Source of the DNA: an uncultured bacterium
GTDB taxonomy: Bacteria > Babelota > Babeliae > Babelales > RVW-14
Assembly (NCBI GenBank): GCA_963759805.1
Contig: CAVXAT010000002.1
Location: 128,001-192,000, forward strand
Direction of reading: 5' to 3'
DNA length: 64,000 nucleotides
Shown here: positions 1 to 8,943 of the stretch, piece after piece
How the letters are laid out: the number at the start of each line of letters is the position of its first letter
How positions within the stretch are numbered: position 1 is the first letter of the stretch
Translations under genes and position numbers: made by a program
Notes under the pieces: model-generated
Databases searched by the model: none
The model's input: only the letters and a program-made list of their open reading frames with translations
Told to the model about the DNA's origin: nothing

Positions 1-582
1 TCAATAGACACTATTCATGTCATTTATGACACCTCTAAAGACGACTCAAAAAATAGCATGCTACTCAACTATCTTAAATCCAAAAAAATAAGACTTTCTT
101 ATATTTCAGACCGAGCATCATACGGAGATTTTTTCAAAATAGCAAATAAAAAATATCCAAATTGCAGGGTAATCGTAAGTAATGCCGACATATTTTTCAA
201 CGAAACCTTATCGTTACTCGAAGCATGTGATTTATCTAATAAATTTATAGCATTAACCCGTTGGAATGTACAAGCGGATGGATCGCTCACTGAATGCGCC
301 CCTAACGGGGGCTCTCAAGATGTGTGGATATTCCAAACCCCGCTACCAAAATTCGAAAATGATACAATTAAAATTGGGCTGTTGGGTTGCGAAAATGTTA
401 TCGCTTATCAAGCACAAAAAAGCGGACTTACGTTATTTAATCCATCATTCTCTATTCAATGTTGCCATCTTCATTTGTCAAAAATCAGAAATTATCCAGG
501 CAATCGGCCCTACAAAAACATGAAGAAGATCGGCGTACCCAAATGTACAATATCTAAACTCTTAGCACCCGACATTTTTTAG
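1..582 (+). CDS. 5'-truncated putative glycosyltransferase-like protein (NADIFF / ALTRW / SQDxWIF / NPxxSIQCCHLH family)
   Basis: The frame is open from base 1 (SIDTIHVIYD...) and aligns with the paralogue at 752..1513, so the start lies outside the window. A GT-A-like fold is inferred only. Confidence 0.6.
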   Translation, partial: SIDTIHVIYDTSKDDSKNSMLLNYLKSKKIRLSYISDRASYGDFFKIANKKYPNCRVIVSNADIFFNETLSLLEACDLSNKFIALTRWNVQADGSLTECAPNGGSQDVWIFQTPLPKFENDTIKIGLLGCENVIAYQAQKSGLTLFNPSFSIQCCHLHLSKIRNYPGNRPYKNMKKIGVPKCTISKLLAPDIF

Positions 583-751
583 TCCTCAGTTAAGGCAAAA
601 ACTTGTTTTTCACTAAGATGCGGGAATTGCTTTTAATCCTGAGCTTACTCTTTTGATTATTACAAATATCTGTACATCCAAATTAATTTTCGTGTAAGTT
701 GTTATGTAGGGAAAGGGCAATCATTCTTTTATCTTTTATTAAGGGGGGGAT

Positions 752-1513
752 ATGAAGTTAGGATATCTGCTTGTAATTTTATTATTAACTTTTACAACTA
801 AAACATTGTATTGTACAAATAATCACTATCTAAAAACACATCCACAAATCTCACACATGTTTACGCTTTTAACATTTCTCTACAATGAAAAAAATGTATG
901 TCGTTGTGCCGAATACATGGCAACTTTAGAAAAAAACCTGCAGCATCATTTGATTAAGAGAATTCATATTTTATATGACGTATCAAATGATGACAAAAAT
1001 CCAGAAAATAATTTTTTGTTTAATTATTTAAAAAAACAACCTATTACAATTACTTTGACCGCTCATCGACCAACGTATGGAGATTTTTTTGCACTTGCAA
1101 ACAAGCAGTATCCGAAAGAACAAATTATCGTGAGCAATGCAGATATATTTTTTAATGAAACGCTAGATTTGCTTAAGTCATACGATTTTACTGGCAAGTT
1201 TATTGCGCTTACTCGATGGAATGTGCAGCGTGACAATCAACTTGTCATGCGCAAGGACCTCATATCTCAAGATACGTGGATATTTGTAACACCGCTGCGA
1301 AAATTTGAAAATGACGACATAATGCTTGGTTTGAATGGCTGCGACCCAGAAATTGTTTACTATGCACAAAAAAGTGGTTTATGCGTAACAAACCCGTGTC
1401 TCAGTATTCAATGTTGTCATCTTCATTCATCAGGGGTAAGAAATTACATATTAAAAGATCGTCCCTATAAAAAGGAGCCACCAGTGCTGATTCCACATAC
1501 CAAATTGTATTGA
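752..1513 (+). CDS. secreted putative glycosyltransferase-like protein, paralogue of the upstream gene
   Basis: Strong RBS (aaggggggg), hydrophobic N-terminus, shared motifs IIVSNADIFFNETL, FIALTRWNVQ, SQDTWIF, SIQCCHLH. Confidence 0.6.
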   Translation: MKLGYLLVILLLTFTTKTLYCTNNHYLKTHPQISHMFTLLTFLYNEKNVCRCAEYMATLEKNLQHHLIKRIHILYDVSNDDKNPENNFLFNYLKKQPITITLTAHRPTYGDFFALANKQYPKEQIIVSNADIFFNETLDLLKSYDFTGKFIALTRWNVQRDNQLVMRKDLISQDTWIFVTPLRKFENDDIMLGLNGCDPEIVYYAQKSGLCVTNPCLSIQCCHLHSSGVRNYILKDRPYKKEPPVLIPHTKLY

Positions 1514-1542
1514 TGCGATTTCTAGAAAAGGGGCAGAAAATT

Positions 1543-2508
1543 ATGAAAACAAATCATTCTATACACCTGGTTATATTTTTAGTTTCTAATTTTACAACCA
1601 TGATCTTGTGTAGTGCAACCTTTATACAAGTAAAGTCGATACCATCGTCAAATAAAACACAAAATATTGATTCTGAAAAGTATATCCTCAGGGCTCGTGA
1701 GAACTGTGGATTTTTCTCAGAATTTTTGGGGGCAATTCAAAACATTTCATGGTGCGACCAAGAAGGAAAAAAAGCTGTCATATACTGGGATAATAAGAGT
1801 TTATATTACGAACCCAACGGTTTTAATAACTCACATAATGCTTGGGAATATTACTTTGAACCGATTTCTGATGCCAAATATGAACCGGGCAATAAAATAA
1901 ATCGAGTGTATGAAACACCAAGTGGATTTGGAATCCCTTATAAGGATTACAGCCATATGGAAGAGCTACGATCGAAAATGCATGCGGTTATTAAAAAGCA
2001 TATAAAAATCAAACCCTATGTTTTAGATGTAGTAAACAATTTTTATAATAAAAATATGAAAAATTGCATTGTGATTGGCATCCATTTAAGAGGAACAGAT
2101 AAGAAATTTGAGGCAAAACCAATAAATCCATTGGCTGTTATAAACAAGGCAAAAGAATATGCTCAATCGGCAAAAAAAATAGCTACCCAAAAGCAAATTA
2201 AGTTCCTTGTTGCTTCTGATGAACAACGCCTAATCAATTTTGCCAAAAAGAATTTGAATGGAAATGTGATAGTTTATGCCCAAGCAATGCGAAGCGCTGA
2301 TGGAAAACCTGTTCATTATACCCATGCAAATAATAAAGTAGAAAAGGGATATTTTGCCAATCTGGGACGTGATGTTCTGGTTGAAGCCCTTCTGCTTGCA
2401 CAATGTGATTTTTTTGTTCACACTCGATCAAATGTATCAACGGCTGTAATTTTATTTAATCCAAATTTGATTCATTTTCAATATGACGGATATGCTAATC
2501 TTGATTAA
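1543..2508 (+). CDS. NodZ/GT23-like fucosyltransferase-family protein with signal peptide
   Basis: Motifs IGIHLRGTDK, FLVASDE, DVLVEALLLAQCDFFVHTRSNVS, typical of GDP-fucose-dependent GT-B enzymes. Start ATG 1543 follows an aagggg RBS. Confidence 0.7.
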   Translation: MKTNHSIHLVIFLVSNFTTMILCSATFIQVKSIPSSNKTQNIDSEKYILRARENCGFFSEFLGAIQNISWCDQEGKKAVIYWDNKSLYYEPNGFNNSHNAWEYYFEPISDAKYEPGNKINRVYETPSGFGIPYKDYSHMEELRSKMHAVIKKHIKIKPYVLDVVNNFYNKNMKNCIVIGIHLRGTDKKFEAKPINPLAVINKAKEYAQSAKKIATQKQIKFLVASDEQRLINFAKKNLNGNVIVYAQAMRSADGKPVHYTHANNKVEKGYFANLGRDVLVEALLLAQCDFFVHTRSNVSTAVILFNPNLIHFQYDGYANLD

Positions 2509-3623
2509 ACATTAAACCTAACATTGATGCAATCGCCGTCCTGCACCACGTAATCCTTGCCTTCGACTCGAAGTTTACCAATTGCTTTGAGCTTAGCCTC
2601 AGTACCAACTTGAAAAAGATCTTCGCAGTTATAAACCTCAACACAGATAAAACCACGTTCCAGATCAGAGTGAATTTCACCTGCTGCTTTTGGTGCAAGT
2701 GTACCTTTGCGAATACTCCAAGCATGAGCTTCTTTGGGACAAACAGTAAAATATGAGATTAAACCAAGATTTGAATAAGCTTTTGAAATAATATTATCAA
2801 GACCTTTTTCTGTTATCCCTAATGACTCGATCATTTCTGCCGCATCAGCATCACCAAGCTGTGCCAATTCTGCCTCAATTTTTGCACAAATTGGGATAAC
2901 TCTTTCGACGCCAAATTTTTCAACCAAGCTTTGATAAAAGGTGTTTGTTTGATAGTTTTGGCCGACATAATCATCTTCAGATAAATTCGCAATTATTATA
3001 AAATTTTTGGCTGACAAAAATGGAATCATGTTAATTCCGGCTGCCTTGCCTTGCAGATAAATTTCGCGAACCCTGTTATAATTCCCGGCATTTAATGCGT
3101 CTTTAATTTGAGCAATAACGTCTTGCTCCATCTCCAACAATTTTTTTTCTTGTGCCAGCATATTCTTTTTTAGATTTGATAAAATTTTTTGTTCGCGTTT
3201 TTCAGCAGACTCAAGATCTTTTAGCATTAATTCTGCAACTATAATTTCAAAGTCATCAATTGGATTGATTGCGTTGCTAACATGGATCACATTCTGGTCT
3301 TCAAAACAACGTAAAACATGCAAAATCAGATCAACTTCCATGATATGTGACAAAAATTGATTTCCAAGCCCTTCCCCCTTTGAAGCCCCCTTTACAAGAC
3401 CGGCTATATCAACAAATTTGACTGAGGCCGGAACAAATTTTTTGGAATCAAAAAATTTAGCAAGACGATCTAGACGAATGTCTGGAACATTTGTTATGGC
3501 TACGTTTGGGTCAACGGTACAAAATGGATAATTTTCAGCCGGAATGCCGGCATCTGTCAACGCATTAAAAAGTGTTGATTTTCCAACATTTGGAAGTCCT
3601 ACCAGCCCAGCTTGAATTGCCAT
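2505..3623 (-). CDS. ychF: redox-regulated ATPase YchF (Obg family)
   Basis: GLVGLPNVGKSTLFNALT, NYPFCT, DIAGLVKGASKGEGLGNQFL, EGKDYVVQDGD..FNV. Confidence 0.97.
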   Translation of the reverse strand: MAIQAGLVGLPNVGKSTLFNALTDAGIPAENYPFCTVDPNVAITNVPDIRLDRLAKFFDSKKFVPASVKFVDIAGLVKGASKGEGLGNQFLSHIMEVDLILHVLRCFEDQNVIHVSNAINPIDDFEIIVAELMLKDLESAEKREQKILSNLKKNMLAQEKKLLEMEQDVIAQIKDALNAGNYNRVREIYLQGKAAGINMIPFLSAKNFIIIANLSEDDYVGQNYQTNTFYQSLVEKFGVERVIPICAKIEAELAQLGDADAAEMIESLGITEKGLDNIISKAYSNLGLISYFTVCPKEAHAWSIRKGTLAPKAAGEIHSDLERGFICVEVYNCEDLFQVGTEAKLKAIGKLRVEGKDYVVQDGDCINVRFNV

Positions 3624-3835
3624 AACAACCTTTCGTAAATAAGATGATATTCATGTGCAAAAAAAGAAATCTCGCTTCTATTTTACACGTTTTTGAAGCC
3701 AAGCCAAGAAAATATGCCCATCAGAAAGAGAATGTCGGCTGCGAATGCCAAATAATTGACATTCGTTTTTTGGGGATGCTATACAAGCCAAGTAAGTAGT
3801 AATTTGTATAATCCGTTACAGGATTGGGAGATCTT

Positions 3836-4696
3836 ATGAATATGCGTTTTTTAACACAAATTTTGTCATTGTCTTTGGTCATATATACCAGCCAGCTAAT
3901 TGCGGTTGGGACATCTGCCATTGCTTATAAGCAACCAGAAATTCCCAAAGATCATGTTCAAATCAAATGTACTATAAAACGAATTGATCGAAGCTCACAC
4001 CATCGAACCCACCCACATATCCCAACGAAAGGTGAGATTCTAGGCTACAGCACAAACTGGAGTGGATATGTGGCAGAAACTAACCTGACCAAGCCAGCCC
4101 CCAATTCGGTTACTGCTGTATCTGCATATTGGATCGTCCCCGCTATAAAACCTGCTAACACCAACACTTACTGTGCTGTTTGGGTTGGAATAGATGGGTA
4201 TAGCAATTCAACGGTCGAACAGATAGGGACTGAACATGATTGGTCGAATGGGGGAATACAGCATTATGCCTGGTTTGAAATGTATCCAGGTGATAGCTAT
4301 TCGATCAATGGATTTCCTCTTAAAAGCGGTGACGTGATTACCGCTTCGGTAACATATTCATCGAAAAATGTTTTTACAATGATTTTATCCAACCAAACAC
4401 AGAAAGTTACCACGACAATCCCAACTAAATATACAAAATCAGCATCTGCCAAAAGACAATCAGCCGAATGGATAGTAGAGGCGCCATATATGAATACTGT
4501 TTTGCCTTTGGCAAATTTTGGAACAGCTTATATGGCAAACTGCAAAGCAACTATCAAAGGGGTCACCGGTTTGATTAATAACAAAGCATGGGCCAGCAGT
4601 GCAATAGAGATGATAACTAATTCCGGTACCCCAAAGGACTCCCCATCAATTATCGGTAGTAGCGGCTCTTTTTCTGCTACCTGGATGCATCAGTAG
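3836..4696 (+). CDS. secreted glutamic peptidase, family G1 (peptidase A4/eqolisin)
   Basis: STNWSGY, WVGIDG, EQIGT (catalytic Q), YAWFEMYP, SAEWIVEAP (catalytic E); signal peptide plus pro-region. Confidence 0.88.
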   Translation: MNMRFLTQILSLSLVIYTSQLIAVGTSAIAYKQPEIPKDHVQIKCTIKRIDRSSHHRTHPHIPTKGEILGYSTNWSGYVAETNLTKPAPNSVTAVSAYWIVPAIKPANTNTYCAVWVGIDGYSNSTVEQIGTEHDWSNGGIQHYAWFEMYPGDSYSINGFPLKSGDVITASVTYSSKNVFTMILSNQTQKVTTTIPTKYTKSASAKRQSAEWIVEAPYMNTVLPLANFGTAYMANCKATIKGVTGLINNKAWASSAIEMITNSGTPKDSPSIIGSSGSFSATWMHQ

Positions 4697-4804
4697 GGTC
4701 CCATAAAACGGGTTTGAGCATTACTGAATTTTGGATATACTTAGAAAATACAGTATTACAGCAATTAAAACGCCATTTAAACTAAGTAGAATTCTAAATT
4801 AATT

Positions 4805-6379
4805 ATGGTTACGTTTTTTAACAAAATTTATGGATGCCAAGCAAATTTTGCAGACTCACAAGGCCTTGCCAAATTTTTAATAGAACTGGGGTGCATACCT
4901 GTTGATTCCGAACGGAATGCCGATCTGATAATTATTAATACCTGCGCAATCCGCGAAAAGGCAGAACAGAAGCTTTATTCATACATTGGCAGACTGGCAG
5001 AATTAAAAAAAGATAAACCCCATCTGAAAATTGGTGTTATCGGTTGCGTAGCCAGCTACAAGAAAAAAGAGTTTTATGAATACTTTGAATGCATCAGTTT
5101 CGTCCATGGTGCACGCGAGGAAATCGCTGCACTGCAGGGATATTTGGCTGAATTAATCTCAAATATTCAAACAGCAAAGAATTTATTTATACAAAATCCG
5201 GATTCAAAAATAAAATATTTAAAACAGGATCGTAGGCTAAAAAAGATATTTGACAAAAGGGCCATTGGCTCAACCCGAATTAACACAGATCCAAGCAGTA
5301 TCAGCAGACTTAATTTAAACGAGCATATCAAAGATGAATCAAACAAAGACAGGCGACTTCTTCTGAAACCCGGCGCGTCACCAAGTGATGGTTCGACAAG
5401 CTCCCAGGCTTCGCCCTTCGTGGCTACGCCGGGCACGGCACCACGAGCGCGCCTGCATTCAGAACAAATATCTGATGTTCGAGCCATGATTAACATCATG
5501 ACCGGATGCAACAAATACTGCTCCTACTGCATCGTGCCATTCACCCGCGGACGCGAAATAAGCTATCCGATGGCCGACATTTTAAATGCCGTAAAAAAGG
5601 ATCTTGATCGTGGGGCAAAAGAGATCACATTAATTGGCCAAAATGTCAATTCTTACATTGATCCACAAACCGGCACTCGCTTCCCTGATCTTTTACAAAA
5701 AGTTGCATCAATTGAGGGGGATTTTTGGGTACGATTTGTAAGCCCACATCCACAAGATATGACAAAAGATCTGTTTCAAGTTATGGCAGACAACAGACCA
5801 AAACTTACTGCTTTTTTGCACTTTCCGCTGCAGTCCGGATCAGACACAATTCTAAAAGCCATGAACCGAAACTACACAGTGGCAGAATTTTTAGAAAAAA
5901 TAGGCTGGATTAAAGAGTTAATGCCGGATGCAGGGATAACTACAGATATAATCGTCGGATTTCCGGGAGAAACCGAGCAGGATTACTTGGCAACTCGGAA
6001 AGTAATGGAAATGGTAAAATTTGACCAAATTTACTCATTTATTTACTCCAAACGCAAATTTACCAAAGCTTATAACATGCCAGATGATTGTACCCAGGAG
6101 GAAAAGGCTCGACGTTTAAGCGAACTGCAAAGGCGCCAGCGAGAAATCTCTTTGGAACAAAACAGGGAAAAGATTGGCAAAACTTTGAAAGTTCTTATTG
6201 AAAAAGAGCTAGAGCCTGGTAAACTTTTAGCAAGAACAGAAGCAAACGCTCGGGTACTTATAACAGGTAAAAATGCGAGTTTAGTTGGCAGCTTTGTGAA
6301 CGTGAAAATTGAAAGTACTACGGTTGTTAACTTGTCAGGGGTTTGTCATCCTGAACTCGTTTCAGGATCCATGGATTAG
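4805..6379 (+). CDS. miaB: tRNA methylthiotransferase MiaB, with an in-frame palindromic insertion in the inter-domain linker
   Basis: YGCQAN, NTCAIREKAEQK, GCNKYCSYCIVPFTRGRE, DIIVGFPGETE, C-terminal TRAM domain. Confidence 0.93.
   Translation: MVTFFNKIYGCQANFADSQGLAKFLIELGCIPVDSERNADLIIINTCAIREKAEQKLYSYIGRLAELKKDKPHLKIGVIGCVASYKKKEFYEYFECISFVHGAREEIAALQGYLAELISNIQTAKNLFIQNPDSKIKYLKQDRRLKKIFDKRAIGSTRINTDPSSISRLNLNEHIKDESNKDRRLLLKPGASPSDGSTSSQASPFVATPGTAPRARLHSEQISDVRAMINIMTGCNKYCSYCIVPFTRGREISYPMADILNAVKKDLDRGAKEITLIGQNVNSYIDPQTGTRFPDLLQKVASIEGDFWVRFVSPHPQDMTKDLFQVMADNRPKLTAFLHFPLQSGSDTILKAMNRNYTVAEFLEKIGWIKELMPDAGITTDIIVGFPGETEQDYLATRKVMEMVKFDQIYSFIYSKRKFTKAYNMPDDCTQEEKARRLSELQRRQREISLEQNREKIGKTLKVLIEKELEPGKLLARTEANARVLITGKNASLVGSFVNVKIESTTVVNLSGVCHPELVSGSMD
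5372..5453 (-). repeat. composite palindromic element in miaB: A element carrying a nested 36-bp B element (5404..5439)
   Basis: GC-rich island bounded by ggcgcg/cgcgcc. Minus strand reads cgctcgtggt-[gccgtgcccggcgtagccacgaagggcgaagcctgg]-gagcttgtcgaaccat, matching the uvrC copy. Confidence 0.9.
6344..6370 (+). repeat. C-family REP-like palindrome (TGTCATCCTGAA-loop-TTCAGGATC) encoding the MiaB C-terminus
   Basis: tgtcatcctgaactcgtttcaggatcc; near-identical inverted copy at 25056..25081. Confidence 0.85.
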
Positions 6380-6410
6380 TAACCTCCCTAAACAGTTCTT
6401 TGAATTATAC

Positions 6411-6484
6411 GGCGGCATAGCCAAGTGGTAAGGCAGCGGTCTGCAAAACCGCGACCCCCGGTTCAATTCCGGGTGCCGCCTCCA
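6411..6484 (+). tRNA. tRNA-Cys(GCA)
   Basis: ggcggca/tgccgcc acceptor stem, anticodon loop ctGCAaa, gttcaattc T-loop, encoded CCA. Confidence 0.96.
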
Positions 6485-6512
6485 ATCTTCTCAGCTCAAG
6501 TCTTATCGATTG

Positions 6513-6541
6513 TTGACATGTAAGACTGTTCATATTACTCT
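6513..6541 (+). promoter_or_regulatory. putative sigma70 promoter for tRNA-Leu
   Basis: TTGACA-17 bp-TACTCT, ending 13 bp before the tRNA 5' end. Confidence 0.45.
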
Positions 6542-6554
6542 GCTTATCGTATGT

Positions 6555-6641
6555 GCCGGGGTGGCGAAATTGGTAGACGCAAGGGACTTAAAATCCCTCG
6601 GGTGTAATCCACCCATACCGGTTCGAGTCCGGTCCTCGGCA
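6555..6641 (+). tRNA. tRNA-Leu(TAA), CCA not encoded
   Basis: gccgggg/cctcggc acceptor stem, anticodon loop ctTAAaa, long variable arm, gttcgagtc. Confidence 0.95.
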
Positions 6642-6724
6642 CTCTCCTACGCTTTCGCCCTGTGGGCTCATAGCTACGAAGAGCAGGCCATCCTAAATTT
6701 ACGCGCTACACAGATGGCACGGCC
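6642..6724 (-). repeat. B-family palindrome abutting the tRNA-Leu 3' end (6642..6688), plus a degenerate second copy
   Basis: Minus strand gcctg-ctcttc-GTAG-ct...ag-CGTA-ggagag; second partial copy gccgtgcc...gtagc at about 6700..6724. Confidence 0.75.
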
Positions 6725-6731
6725 ACCCAAA

Positions 6732-7769
6732 TTAGATCTCCAACTCTTTACGTAAATTTGCAAATTCAGTCTTAAATGACTTTTCAAGCTTTTGTTTCTG
6801 CTCCGCAGGTAAAAAACTTGCGTGCACTCCATTCAAGCTAATTTTCTCAAGATCGTTTAGATTAAATCCAAAATGATCGGCCAGTATTTTGTACTCATTA
6901 TTTAAATCTGTGTTAAATAGCGCAGGATCATCAGAGTTTATAGTCAATAAAAGTCCGGAATCCCATAATTTACGAAACGGGTGAGATTTAAAATCAGGAA
7001 ATACACCCATGCAAATATTGCTGGTCAAGCAGATTTCTAGCGGAATCTGTTTGTGTTTTAAAAAATCGATTAATTCGGAATCTTGAACGCAGGTAACTCC
7101 ATGCCCTATTCGATCAGCATGAAGAAGATTTATAACACTCCAGATACTTTTTGGCCCGGCCATTTCTCCTGCATGAGCTGCTATTTTAATTTTATTTTGA
7201 TGCGCAGTTTCGAATGTTCCACTAAAGTCCTCTGTGTTAAAAAGACTTTCACTTCCGGTCAAACCCAAGCCAACAACACCCTGATCTTTGGAATTTAAAG
7301 CGGCATCAAGAACAAATTTTTGCGATTCCGGTTCATCGCGCAAAATATCAAATATCCAATTCCAAGCAACTCCAAAGTCAATCGCTGCTCTCTTTCGTCC
7401 ACGATTTAACGCTTGCATAATTTCCTGCCAGGGCAAGCCGGTTGACCGGCAGTTGGTAAAAATTGAAAAAGTTACCTCTGCATAACGAATATTTTGTCTT
7501 GCACATTCACACCCAAATTGATATGAAATCAATTCGTAGTCATCGACAGTTTTAAGGCAACTGGTAACAAGCTCATAAATTTTTATAAATTGCTGAAAAT
7601 TTTTGAATTTAAACAGCTCCTTCAACTTTGTTGCAGCTTTTATTGGCAGGTCAATGTTATTACGTGCTGCAAGTTCAAATAACGTATCCGGGCTAATTGC
7701 TCCCTCTAAATGCACGTGCAATTCAACCTTTGGCATACGCATAACAAATTCATTTATAATATTTGACAT
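6732..7769 (-). CDS. add: adenosine/adenine deaminase
   Basis: PKVELHVHLEG, AHAGE, RIGHG, EICLTSN, INSDDP. Confidence 0.93.
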   Translation of the reverse strand: MSNIINEFVMRMPKVELHVHLEGAISPDTLFELAARNNIDLPIKAATKLKELFKFKNFQQFIKIYELVTSCLKTVDDYELISYQFGCECARQNIRYAEVTFSIFTNCRSTGLPWQEIMQALNRGRKRAAIDFGVAWNWIFDILRDEPESQKFVLDAALNSKDQGVVGLGLTGSESLFNTEDFSGTFETAHQNKIKIAAHAGEMAGPKSIWSVINLLHADRIGHGVTCVQDSELIDFLKHKQIPLEICLTSNICMGVFPDFKSHPFRKLWDSGLLLTINSDDPALFNTDLNNEYKILADHFGFNLNDLEKISLNGVHASFLPAEQKQKLEKSFKTEFANLRKELEI

Positions 7770-7863
7770 AAAATTCCTAAAAAAAAGCCAAACAGTTCTA
7801 TCTTGAACGTAACTATAACAAAATGACCCCTAAAAACTGAAGCTTCTTCAAAAAAAATTTATA

Positions 7864-7896
7864 CCATTTTTTGCTTTATTAAAAAGCAAAAAATGG
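7864..7896. promoter_or_regulatory. 14-bp inverted repeat between the divergent add and hup genes
   Basis: ccattttttgcttt-N5-aaagcaaaaaatgg; function unknown. Confidence 0.35.
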
Positions 7897-8048
7897 CGCT
7901 CCCCCCCGTCGAACTTAAACATTATAACAAAGACACTTGACAAATCTGATGTGATCAGCAATTATGTGATATAATATATTTTAAGTATGGTGAAATCGTA
8001 AGTGTAACACTATTGATATCCTAACTTTATGTTGGATAGGAGATTTCT

Positions 8049-8321
8049 ATGAATAAGGCAGAATTAATTGAGCATATGGCGAAGAGTACAAAACTCTCCA
8101 AAGCTGCATGCAAAGGTGCTATCGAGTCAATCATCGAAGCGGTAGAATCAACATTGAAAAAAGGTAAAGATGTTGTTTTGACAGGCTTCGGAACATTTAC
8201 CGTTATCAGAAGAAAAACAAGAATTGGCATAAATCCTGCAACAGGAAATAAGATGACAATCCCTGCTAAAAAAGTTCCTAAATTTAAGCCCGGCAAACAA
8301 CTTAAGGATGCAGTTCTCTAA
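8049..8321 (+). CDS. hup: DNA-binding protein HU
   Basis: MNKAELIE, GFGTF, R.GINPATG, VPKFKPGKQLKDAV. Confidence 0.96.
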   Translation: MNKAELIEHMAKSTKLSKAACKGAIESIIEAVESTLKKGKDVVLTGFGTFTVIRRKTRIGINPATGNKMTIPAKKVPKFKPGKQLKDAVL

Positions 8322-8348
8322 ACAAGAGCTAACTGATTTCAATTAGTA

Positions 8349-8385
8349 AAAACAAGGCGCAGATATCTGCGCCTTGTTTTATTTT
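8349..8385 (+). terminator. intrinsic terminator after hup
   Basis: Perfect 32-bp palindrome aaaacaaggcgcagat|atctgcgccttgtttt followed by a T-rich tail. Confidence 0.8.
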
Positions 8386-8516
8386 CACAACTTCCTATAT
8401 TTTAACAACATTTCAAACGACTTTATAAAATTCTTTGCAAAAAAAATCATCCTCACGTTAAACTTTTATGAATGTTAAATACATTTTCAATTTTTAACTG
8501 TGAGAGGATCGGAATT

Positions 8517-8939
8517 ATGGAAAGTAACACACTGAGTACTACACTGACAAGCACACTGGATAAAGTAAAGACAGCCTGGAATGACTTTGATTTAAATAAA
8601 TGGTCAAACGAAGTTGGTGGAAGCTCCCCGGTAGCAGAAGCAATTCAGGCAGGTATATATTTCTGCATCAGTTTTGGAATTGGATATATTTTAAAAAAAC
8701 ACTTCAAAACTATAGTATTGAGCCTGCTTTTAAGCGCACTAATCGTCAAAGGAATGGAGTACGGCAAACTGCTTACAATAGATTGGAACGCTATAAAAAA
8801 CATGTTTGGGGCATCATCAGCTGATAGTAAAGATTTTATGACCCCAATGGTAAATCATGGAATTGAGTGGATTAAAAAGAACGTAATTGTATCCATAGCA
8901 TCACTCATCGGATTTCTACTTGGCAGCAGATTAGGATAA
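8517..8939 (+). CDS. FUN14-family small membrane protein
   Basis: G..F.I.FGIGYILKKHFK...EYGKLLTIDW...GFLLG pattern; ATG 8517 follows gagagga. Confidence 0.65.
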   Translation: MESNTLSTTLTSTLDKVKTAWNDFDLNKWSNEVGGSSPVAEAIQAGIYFCISFGIGYILKKHFKTIVLSLLLSALIVKGMEYGKLLTIDWNAIKNMFGASSADSKDFMTPMVNHGIEWIKKNVIVSIASLIGFLLGSRLG

Positions 8940-8943
8940 AGAT

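Noticed and set aside
5372..5453. Intein or intron explanation for the in-gene insertions
   Set aside because: Too short, no C/S...HN intein ends or splice structure, and different frames and strands are used in different genes.
5167..5514. Antisense ORF over miaB (also 13616..13798 and 35346..35804)
   Set aside because: Shadows of real genes, kept open partly by the GC-rich, stop-poor palindromes. Useful only as evidence for the repeat.
6510..6755. 81-aa ORF (also 63247..63453)
   Set aside because: These overlap tRNA genes.
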